From: Gemmatimonadota bacterium
GTDB lineage: Bacteria; Gemmatimonadota; Gemmatimonadetes; Gemmatimonadales; GWC2-71-9
Direction: 5' to 3'
DNA length: 53,832 nucleotides
Assembly: GCA_041491545.1 (NCBI GenBank)
Contig: JBGPVE010000001.1
Location: 1 to 53,832 of the forward strand
The translations under genes were made by a program, and so were the position numbers. Positions 18,146 through 25,632 of the stretch are shown piece by piece (positions within the stretch are counted from its first letter, which is position 1; each line of letters opens with the position of its first letter). The notes below the pieces were generated by a model that searched no databases, had not been told where the DNA came from, and saw only the letters and a program-made list of their open reading frames with translations.

Positions 18146-19357
18146 TCAGGTGGGGAAAGCTTCGAGAACGATGGCCGCGCCCTGGCCTCCGCCGATGCAG
18201 GCGCTACCGAGTGCGTAGCGTCCGCCACGGCGCCGCAGGGCATGCAGCAGATGGGCCGTAATCCGCGCGCCGCTCGCTCCGAGGGGATGACCCAAGGCGA
18301 TGGCGCCGCCGTCGACGTTGGTCCGCTCGCGATCGAGGCCCAGATCGCGCTCGACCGCGAGGTACTGGGCCGCGAAGGCCTCGTTGACCTCGATGAGATC
18401 CATGTCGCGCAACGAGAGCCCGGCCCGCTCCAGCGCCTTGCGGGCCGCGGGCGCGGGTCCGATGCCCATGTAGCCGGGATCGACGCCGATCACCGCCCAC
18501 GCCAGCAGCCGACCGAGCGGCTTGAGTCCGCGCTCGTCCGCGAGCTGCTCGCTCGCGACGATGAGCGCCGCGGCGCCGTCACCGATCCCGGAGGCGTTAC
18601 CGGCGGTGACCACGCCCTCCTTCCTGAACACGGGCGGAAGCTTCGCGAGGCCCTGCTCGGTGGTATCGGGGCGCATGTGCTCGTCCGCCATCCATTCCTC
18701 GCTGCGCTTGGTCTTCGGATTGACCACCGACACCGCGATGAGCTCGTCGCGAAAGGCACCCGATTGCCAGGCGGCGCGGGCGCGTTGCTGGCTGCCCAGC
18801 GCATATGCATCGGTTTCGGCCCGGCCGATCCGGTACCGGTCGGCCAGATTCTCGGCCGTCTCGCCCATCGAGAGTCCGCACTCCGAGTCCCGGAGGGATT
18901 CCCACAGACTGTCCTCGAGGGCACCCGGCTGCCCGAAGCGGAAGCCCCACCGGGCGCCGCGGACCACATGGGGCGCCTGACTCATCGACTCGCTCCCGCC
19001 CGCGAGCACGACGGCAGATTCCCCCAGGCGGATCTGCTGAGCGCCTTGGATGATGGCCTCGAAGCCGGAGCCGCAGAGTCGGTTGACGGTCACCGCCGGC
19101 ACCTCGAGCGGCACACCGGCCCGCAACCCGACATGCCGCGCGAGATAGGGTGCATCGGCCGACGTCTGCAGTACGTTTCCCATGATGACGTGATCCACCT
19201 CATCCGCGCCGAGCCCCGATCGAGCGATGGCGCAGCGGGCGGCGACCGTGCCCAGGTCGGTTGCCGAAAGATCCTTCAAGCTGCCGCCGAACGCGCCGAA
19301 CCCAGTGCGAACGCCGGACAAGAAGACGACGCCGGGCGGCGAATCGGCTGCGCTCAC
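18146..19357 (-). CDS. Acetyl-CoA C-acetyltransferase (thiolase II)
   Basis: Active-site region [12 protein letters not shown] and C-terminal [15 protein letters not shown] start at 19357 forms a GTGA overlap with the upstream stop. Confidence 0.9.
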   Translation of the reverse strand: MSAADSPPGVVFLSGVRTGFGAFGGSLKDLSATDLGTVAARCAIARSGLGADEVDHVIMGNVLQTSADAPYLARHVGLRAGVPLEVPAVTVNRLCGSGFEAIIQGAQQIRLGESAVVLAGGSESMSQAPHVVRGARWGFRFGQPGALEDSLWESLRDSECGLSMGETAENLADRYRIGRAETDAYALGSQQRARAAWQSGAFRDELIAVSVVNPKTKRSEEWMADEHMRPDTTEQGLAKLPPVFRKEGVVTAGNASGIGDGAAALIVASEQLADERGLKPLGRLLAWAVIGVDPGYMGIGPAPAARKALERAGLSLRDMDLIEVNEAFAAQYLAVERDLGLDRERTNVDGGAIALGHPLGASGARITAHLLHALRRRGGRYALGSACIGGGQGAAIVLEAFPT

Positions 19358-20073
19358 GCGGGCGGAGCCTCCCCGGCCGCGAGTGCACCGCACGCGATGC
19401 AATGTCGCCAGCCGACCTCGATTTCGGCCAGGCACTCGGAGCACCGTGCAGCGCTCTGAGTCTGACCGCACTGGGGGCAGAAATTTACCTGCCGGCCGAC
19501 CGGCAAGGTGCTGCCGCAGTAGGGGCACATCGGCGCTCGGTCGGACACCCGCCGGCGCATGGGCTCGGGGGGCAGGCGGATGTCGTCGAGCGAGATGGCC
19601 TCGGTTGTGGGTGCATCGGCCTCGATCGACGTCTCCTCCTCGCGCCCACCCGGCGCATACTCCTCATTGCCGGCCGGCTCGGGGCTCGACCACGAGTCAC
19701 CCGGCGGCGCGTAGGCCGCGTGCGGATGCGCCCGCAGCACTTGCGTGACCGGGGTGGTCGCGAGCAGCAGGCGGGCATCGGCGTGCTGGTTGAGCAGACT
19801 CAGATCGGGACTCGGCGCCTTGAGCTCGAGCGCAAAGCGGGTTTGGATTTCGTGCGGCTCCATCGTCGCGAGTCCGTCTTCTCCGGCGCACAACCGGAGC
19901 AGCAGCGACTCGTAATCCTCGCTGGTGTCGACCTGGAGCGCACGGCGATTGGCGCGGTAGGGCAAGATGTCATGCTGAATGTCGGCGATCGCGAGCGGGC
20001 GATGGACCCGCGCCGGGTCGACTGCGGCCAGGTTGGTGACGAGCTGACGGAAGAAGCGCTGGAGGTCGTTCAC
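19354..20073 (-). CDS. Hypothetical protein with C-terminal double zinc-ribbon
   Basis: The C-terminus has four CxxC pairs (CPYCG...CPQCG...CSEC...CIACG). The N-terminal domain is unrecognised. First gene of the operon. Confidence 0.6.
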   Translation of the reverse strand: MNDLQRFFRQLVTNLAAVDPARVHRPLAIADIQHDILPYRANRRALQVDTSEDYESLLLRLCAGEDGLATMEPHEIQTRFALELKAPSPDLSLLNQHADARLLLATTPVTQVLRAHPHAAYAPPGDSWSSPEPAGNEEYAPGGREEETSIEADAPTTEAISLDDIRLPPEPMRRRVSDRAPMCPYCGSTLPVGRQVNFCPQCGQTQSAARCSECLAEIEVGWRHCIACGALAAGEAPPA

Positions 20074-20079
20074 ACGCCC

Positions 20080-20117
20080 TCTGAAAATGCGGTCTGAAAT
20101 GCGATCTTAGAAATCGT
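20080..20117. repeat. Direct repeats TCTGAAA(A)TGCG x2 plus a degenerate third copy in a divergent promoter region
   Basis: Read directly: tctgaaaatgcg (20080-20091), tctgaaatgcg (20093-20103), tcttagaaatcg (20106-20117). They lie between the divergent starts at 20073 (-) and 20147 (+). Confidence 0.4.
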
Positions 20118-20146
20118 GTCCCCACGTGTCAAGCTGAGGAGAATCT

Positions 20147-20989
20147 ATGCACCGGTTGGTCGCCGCGCTGTCGCTGGTTGTCGGGCTTCCGAGTGCGCTT
20201 GCCGCACAAGCCTGCGAGCCGCCCAAGGATTCGCACGAGGCGAAGACCTTCGCCATCCTCGCCGTATCGAGCGTCTTCAGTCCACTCGACGCCCCCCGCC
20301 TGACCGCTCCCGGCTCGGTGCGGATCGGCCTTGAAGGAAGCTACATCCCCCGCATCGACGCGGCGACCCGGACGCCGACTTTCTGCCGCCCGGGCAAAGG
20401 CCCGGACAACACCGGCCTCCTCTTTGCCCTTCCCCGCCCGCGAGTGGCCATCGGCCTCCCCGGCGGGCTGCTGCTGGAGGGGAGCTGGGTACCGCCGGTC
20501 CGGGTGAACGGAGTCAAGCCCAACCTCGCGAGCGTGAGCCTGGCCCGCGGCTTCGCCCTCGGGCAGATCGCCACTCTGGGGCTCCGCGCCCACGGCACGT
20601 TCGGCCATGTCGACGGACCCTTCACCTGTGATGACGCGGAGCTGCAGGATGCGGCCAGCGAATGCTTTCAGGGGACTCGATCGAACGACCGCTACAAGCC
20701 CACCAGCGTCGGCGTCGAGGGCTCGGTCGGCTGGGCCCTGACCGGGGGACGATTTCACCCGTATTTGGGGGGCGGCGTGAATCTGCTCCGTCCGCGCTTC
20801 CAGGTGAATTTCGTCAACCGGTTCGGCTTCCTCGACAACACCCAGGTGGCGGTCAATGTGACCCGAGGCGTCGTCTTCGGCGGTGCGACGTGGATGCTCG
20901 GCCCGGGCTTGGGCCTGAGCGGCGAGATCTACGCCGCGCCGGCCGACGCGGTGACCGGGCGCTTGGAGCTGAGCTACGGGGTCCGCTGA
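20147..20989 (+). CDS. Secreted protein, possible outer-membrane beta-barrel
   Basis: GAGGAG SD. Signal peptide ending ALAAQA. Alternating beta-strand pattern. The C-terminus is ELSYGVR. Confidence 0.55.
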   Translation: MHRLVAALSLVVGLPSALAAQACEPPKDSHEAKTFAILAVSSVFSPLDAPRLTAPGSVRIGLEGSYIPRIDAATRTPTFCRPGKGPDNTGLLFALPRPRVAIGLPGGLLLEGSWVPPVRVNGVKPNLASVSLARGFALGQIATLGLRAHGTFGHVDGPFTCDDAELQDAASECFQGTRSNDRYKPTSVGVEGSVGWALTGGRFHPYLGGGVNLLRPRFQVNFVNRFGFLDNTQVAVNVTRGVVFGGATWMLGPGLGLSGEIYAAPADAVTGRLELSYGVR

Positions 20990-20993
20990 GCGG

Positions 20994-21620
20994 TCAGCGC
21001 TCCTCGGATAAGGGTAGCCGCTCGCCGCCGGCGAGCCGTTGCTCGAGCGTGGTAAACGCGGCGTCCGGATCGTACCCCTCGTAAAGGTGCTTGGCCTGGC
21101 GCGCGCCGAGCCAGCCGAGAAAACCGGATTCGACGGCGCCCGGCGAGCTCGCTCCGCCGCGCGCCGCCGCCACCGCCAGGTCGTTCGCGTACTCGTTCTT
21201 CGGATGGCCGCGGTGACCTCGAACCCAGGTCCATTGCACCTCGTGGAGCGACGCGCTGTCGGCCAGCGTCTGCCAGAGCTCGAGATTCTCGATGGCGCCG
21301 CCCTTGCGCTTCCAGCCGCGCCCTATCCACCCCGGCACCCATTCCCGCATTCCCTTCACCAGGTACTCGGAGTCGGAGACGATGAGCGTGCGAAGGCATG
21401 CTCCCTTCTGCGCGAGGAGCTGCAGCGCCGCGATCGCGCCGGCCAACGCCATCCGGTTGTTCGTGGTGTCGGGCGCCGCGATGAAAAAATCTCGCCGCTG
21501 GATGCCGCGTCGCGTGCGCAACTCGATCAAGCCGCCGGCGCCGCCCGGCGTGGATCCTTCTCGCCCGTTGCCGAGACAACTTTCATCGAGGTGGAGCACG
21601 GCGATGGGCCCGCCGCTCAT
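20994..21620 (-). CDS. rnhA: Ribonuclease HI with C-terminal extension
   Basis: RNase H motifs (HLDESCLGN, TNNRMALAGAIAAL, VSDSEYLVKG, WVRGHRGHPKNEYANDLA). Its ATG forms an ATGA overlap with the upstream small ORF. Confidence 0.85.
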   Translation of the reverse strand: MSGGPIAVLHLDESCLGNGREGSTPGGAGGLIELRTRRGIQRRDFFIAAPDTTNNRMALAGAIAALQLLAQKGACLRTLIVSDSEYLVKGMREWVPGWIGRGWKRKGGAIENLELWQTLADSASLHEVQWTWVRGHRGHPKNEYANDLAVAAARGGASSPGAVESGFLGWLGARQAKHLYEGYDPDAAFTTLEQRLAGGERLPLSEER

Positions 21621-21838
21621 GAGTCAATGACCTGAAATGTCGCAATCTCGTCGAGGGGAAAGCTGAGCTCATCACCTGTCATCGGGAGTCGTGCCACGAG
21701 AGCTTCCCGCTGAGCGACACTCGCGACCCGCACCGCGACGACGATATACTCCGTCCCGCGCTGGGTCATGAGCGCGACTCGTAGGCCTTGGCGCGCGGCG
21801 CGCTCCAATTGATCCATGCGTTCAGCCGTCCAGCGCAT
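21617..21838 (-). CDS. Small hypothetical protein (73 aa)
   Basis: It begins at the ATG at 21838, after the selD stop (21865). It is coupled to rnhA by an ATGA overlap. No recognisable family. Confidence 0.45.
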   Translation of the reverse strand: MRWTAERMDQLERAARQGLRVALMTQRGTEYIVVAVRVASVAQREALVARLPMTGDELSFPLDEIATFQVIDS

Positions 21839-21864
21839 TGGTGATACCGGATTGACGTGGATGG

Positions 21865-22959
21865 TTATAGTTCGCCGGTCCCGAACGGGAGTCGCCGCGT
21901 GACGCGCACTCGGCCGGCCGGCCCCGCGGTGACCCGACCGATCGTGGCGGCGGCGGGGGTTCCCTCGTCCTGCAGCGCGGTGAGCAGCGCAACCTCGTGC
22001 TCCGGCGGCACCGCGAGCAACAATCCGCCCGAGGTCTGCGCGTCGGTCAGGATCCACCGATCGGCCTCGCCGACATCCGCCGCCCAGGTGACCCGGTCGG
22101 CCGCGACCTCGAGGTTGCGCTTGGTCCCGCCCGGAACGAAGCCACGGGCGGCAAGATTCCAAGCATGCGGCAGGACCGGCACGGCCTCGTATGCGAGCTC
22201 GGCGCCGACTTGACTCGCGTCGAGCATGTTGAGCAGATGGCCGATGAGACCGAAGCCGGTCACGTCGGTCGCGGCGCTCACGCCGATCCGGAGCGCCGCG
22301 CGGGCCGCTCCCTCGTTCAGCGTCGTCATCGAGCGCACGGCGTCGACCATGCCGGCCTCGAGCAGCGCATCGCGCTTGAGCGCGGTGGCCAGGATGCCGG
22401 TGCCGAGCGGCTTGGTGAGCACCAATACGTCACCGGCGCAGGCGCCCGCGTTGGTCAGCATCCGGTCGGGATGCACTTCGCCGATCACCACCAGGCCAAA
22501 CTTCGGCTCCGGGTCGTCGATCGAGTGACCCCCGACCATGAGGCAGCCCGCGCGCCTGGTGATGTCAGCCGCGCCGCGCAGCACTTCGCCCAGCATCTCG
22601 AACGGGAGCTGGTCGCGGGGCCAGCCGACGAGGTTGAGCGCGAACAGCGGTGTCGCCCCCATGGCGTAGACGTCGCTCAGCGCGTTCGCCGCCGCGATCG
22701 CGCCCCAGGTCGCCGGGTCGTCGACGATGGGCGTGAAGAAATCTACCGTCGCCACCAGGGCGCGGTCGTCCGACAGCCGGAAGACCGCCGCATCATCCCG
22801 AGTGGCGGCGTCTACGAGAACTCGCGGGTCCTCGACGGTGGGCAGAAAGCGCAGAACCTGCGCTAAATCGGCGGCGCCGAGCTTGCAGGCTCAACCCGCG
22901 CCGTGGGACAGCGACGTCAGACGGATCCGCGGCTTCTGGTCTCTGGGAGTGTCCGGCAT
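21865..22959 (-). CDS. selD: Selenide, water dikinase SelD, selenocysteine-containing (in-frame UGA at 22891-22893)
   Basis: The track ORF (from GTG 22755) has a clear SelD body (VDFFTPIVDDP, DVYAMGA, GGHSIDD, TKPLGTG). My manual upstream translation reads MPDTPRDQKPRIRLTSLSHGAG-U-ACKLGAADLAQVL, which is the SelD active-site loop with UGA at the Sec/Cys position. An in-frame stop lies just upstream of ATG 22959. Confidence 0.85.
22848..22864 (-). promoter_or_regulatory. Candidate bacterial SECIS-like hairpin downstream of the selD UGA
   Basis: The mRNA reads AGCGCAG-GUU-CUGCGCU (7-bp stem, G/U-containing loop), starting 26 nt after the UGA. This distance is at the long end of what I recall for bacterial SECIS elements, hence the low confidence. 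Confidence 0.35.
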
Positions 22960-22989
22960 AGGGTCTCACCGAAGGTGAGGGGAGTGAAG

Positions 22990-23703
22990 ATGTCGACGTG
23001 GGTCTTGCTCGGAACCGCGTGCATGCTGGGCGCGCTGCACGCTTTGGAGGTGGACCACATGCTCGCGGTGACGACCTTCGTGAGCACTCGGCCCGCTCTG
23101 CGCACGGCCGCGAACTTCGGCGCGCGTTGGGGGCTGGGCCATTCGATTGCCGTGCTGGCCGCAGGTGGCCTCCTGCTTGCCACCGGTGTGCGTCTCCCTG
23201 AGCGCTACGACACCGTCGGCGAGACCCTGGTCGGTCTCGTGCTGATGGCGCTCGGTGCCTGGGCCCTCGCCTCAGCCCGGAAGTTACACCTCCACTCGAC
23301 CGAGGAACACGGGGGTCACGCGCACCTCCACCTGCATGCCGGCTCCTCCGGCGCGCACCAGCATCGCGACCACGGTCCCGGGGCCGTGACGAAGGACCAC
23401 ACCCACGGCGGCGTCACCCTGGTGGGACTGTTGCACGGCCTCGCCGGGACCAGCGGGGTGGTCGCGCTGGTCCCGGTCACGATGATGCAGCGGACGTCGG
23501 TCGGACTGGGTTATCTCGTCGCGTTCGGTGTGGGCGTGACCGGCTCGATGACGGTCTTTGCGCTCATCGCGGCCGCGCTCATGCGCCAAGCGACGGCGCA
23601 CTCGCTCGCCTGGGGCCGCCGGGTGACGGGGCTGATCGGCGCGAGCGGCATCGTGGTCGGTATCTGGTGGGTGCTCAAGGCCAACGGAGTGATCGCGGGG
23701 TAA
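22990..23703 (+). CDS. NiCoT/UreH-like nickel-cobalt family transporter with His-rich loop
   Basis: The start is trimmed to ATG 22990 (SD gaaggtgagggg). Signature-like motifs are LHALEVDHMLAV and WGLGHSIAV. The central loop is HLHSTEEHGGHAHLHLHAGSSGAHQHRDHG. Confidence 0.65.
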   Translation: MSTWVLLGTACMLGALHALEVDHMLAVTTFVSTRPALRTAANFGARWGLGHSIAVLAAGGLLLATGVRLPERYDTVGETLVGLVLMALGAWALASARKLHLHSTEEHGGHAHLHLHAGSSGAHQHRDHGPGAVTKDHTHGGVTLVGLLHGLAGTSGVVALVPVTMMQRTSVGLGYLVAFGVGVTGSMTVFALIAAALMRQATAHSLAWGRRVTGLIGASGIVVGIWWVLKANGVIAG

Positions 23704-23705
23704 CG

Positions 23706-25094
23706 CTAGTACCAGCTCGCGCGGATCGAATCGGCCGACATGAGGTGGCCGTGTGACATCACCCGCTCGACCTTGCGCGTATTGCGGATGTCGGCCAGCG
23801 GATCGCCTCCCAGCACGACGAGATCGGCCAGCTTTCCCGGAGCGATGCGGTCCAGCGAGTCCGCGCCCAAGAGGAGCGCGCCGTTTCGGGTGGCGGCGAG
23901 GAGCGCGTCCGATGGGGACAGCCCGGCCCCGACCAAGAGCTCCATCTCTTGGTGCTCGCTGAAGCCCGGGATGAGCAGCTGGTTGGAAGCGTCGGTTCCC
24001 GCCGCGATCAGTCCGCCCGCCTGCTGAAACTGTCGAAGGAAGAGATTCTGGTTGGCGCGTGAATGCCGAAAGGCGGCGAAATCAGTCGGGGTCCACCCAG
24101 CGCGAGCGATCATCCCCGGCACGTCCCACCGGCCCTGCTCGACCTTGGGCACCGCGTGCAGCTCCTTCCGGCGAGTGACCGTCGTATCGTCGAGTCGGCT
24201 GAAGGTCTCGTGGAGCACCAGCGTCGGCACCAAGTACACCTTCCGTGCGGCCAACTCCCCGGCGACGCGTGCGAGCGAGGCGGAGTCGAGACTGCTCCAG
24301 CCGCGCTCGAACGCGGTCCAGCCTGGCCAGAAACCGTGATAGTGGGCGCTATAGTACGGGGACGGATCCCGCGCGGCCGACTCCGGCACCCCCGTCATGT
24401 GGTCGATGCACCGCACGCCGAGCCGGCTGGCGGTCACCGCATCGGTGAGACCCAGGTGCCCGGTCACCTTGAGGCTGAAGGTTCCGGCCTCATCGAGGAT
24501 CGCCTTGAGCAGCGGAGGATCGATGCGGGTGAAAATCTTGATGTAGTCCACCCCGGCGACGGAAAGCCGATCCACTGCCCTCCGCGCGCCGGCTGCGTCG
24601 TCGACACCCATGGCGTCGGCGTAAGTCGATGGCCGGCCGTCGATCATCGCGCCGGCGCTGTAGATGCGGGGGGACGGGATCTGCTCCGAATTGGCGCGCT
24701 GGCGGAGCGCCAAGATCGTGTCCGTGGGGCCGTGGACATCGCGGACGGTGGTAACACCGTAAGCCAAATAGCGAGACAGCGCCCAGGTGGCGACGTGGGC
24801 GTGGGCGTCGATCAATCCGGGGATGACCCACTTCCCCTTGAGATCGACCTGGCTGGTTCTCGCGGGCAGCTTGAACTGGGCCTGACTGGTGATGCGCTCG
24901 ATCCTACCGTTGCGCACCACGATCACGGCGTTGGGCCGCGGGGCACCGCCGGTGCCGTCGAGCAGCGTCGCTCCCACGAGGGCCACGCCGGTCGGCGCGG
25001 GGTCGGCACAGGCGGCCAACGCCAGGATGGCGAGAACCGCCGCACGGCTAATGTGGATCGCTCGAGGAGTGATCGTGGAGGATCTTCCAGCCAT
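23706..25094 (-). CDS. Amidohydrolase-family metallohydrolase (secreted/lipoprotein)
   Basis: Lipobox LALAAC. Metal-binding GLIDAHAHV. C-terminal ADLVVLGGDPL is typical of the amidohydrolase superfamily. Confidence 0.85.
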   Translation of the reverse strand: MAGRSSTITPRAIHISRAAVLAILALAACADPAPTGVALVGATLLDGTGGAPRPNAVIVVRNGRIERITSQAQFKLPARTSQVDLKGKWVIPGLIDAHAHVATWALSRYLAYGVTTVRDVHGPTDTILALRQRANSEQIPSPRIYSAGAMIDGRPSTYADAMGVDDAAGARRAVDRLSVAGVDYIKIFTRIDPPLLKAILDEAGTFSLKVTGHLGLTDAVTASRLGVRCIDHMTGVPESAARDPSPYYSAHYHGFWPGWTAFERGWSSLDSASLARVAGELAARKVYLVPTLVLHETFSRLDDTTVTRRKELHAVPKVEQGRWDVPGMIARAGWTPTDFAAFRHSRANQNLFLRQFQQAGGLIAAGTDASNQLLIPGFSEHQEMELLVGAGLSPSDALLAATRNGALLLGADSLDRIAPGKLADLVVLGGDPLADIRNTRKVERVMSHGHLMSADSIRASWY

Positions 25095-25515
25095 CGGACT
25101 GCCGCTCCATCACCAGAGTGAAAGGACCGCTCGCTGTCGTCCGACCGGACCGGAAAAGAATGAACCTGGCGGTCAACAGCGCGATCCGGGGTGCCAACGG
25201 CCGGACCTCGATCTCCTCGAATCGCAAACTGTCGCGCGGGGCCCCGGGCGCGAATCGGGGGGCGTAGTTCTCCCGGATGAACTGGAAGCCGTGTCTCGCA
25301 CGGCGCCCGTCTACGAACGTCGTCGACGTGTCGCGGGCGTAGTCCGAGACGAAACCGTCGAGATCGCCCCGATTCCAGTCGTCCGCCGCGCGGCCGAGCT
25401 GTCTGGTGAGGAGGGCGGCGAGTTGGCCGCGGTCCGGCTGGGGTGCCCGGCTCGGCGCAGCCGAGTGGCACGCCGCGAGCAGCACGGCCAGCGGAAATGC
25501 GCGCAAAGGCGTCAT
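25048..25515 (-). CDS. SnoaL/DUF4440-like (NTF2 fold) lipoprotein
   Basis: Only the last 155 codons of track ORF 25048-26622 look real: signal plus lipobox (LLAAC-HS), then DDWNRGDLDGFVSDYA...GWKILHDHSS. The rest of the ORF is antisense to the GH15 gene. Confidence 0.6.
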   Translation of the reverse strand: MTPLRAFPLAVLLAACHSAAPSRAPQPDRGQLAALLTRQLGRAADDWNRGDLDGFVSDYARDTSTTFVDGRRARHGFQFIRENYAPRFAPGAPRDSLRFEEIEVRPLAPRIALLTARFILFRSGRTTASGPFTLVMERQSDGWKILHDHSSSDPH

Positions 25516-25632
25516 CGGAATTGGGCTGGAAGCCGCTGGAAGCTGGATGAGATGCGCGGACGATGCAAGGTGCTGGGCCCGGCATGCTATGTTTGAGACC
25601 CGTTGCATAGTAATGGAAAAGGAAGCGAACTG

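Noticed and set aside
25464-25480. TGGCAC-N5-GAGCA on the plus strand upstream of the GH15 gene
   Set aside because: The -12 element lacks the TT. It lies inside the DUF4440-like coding sequence about 150 nt from the GH15 start. There is no supporting activator site.
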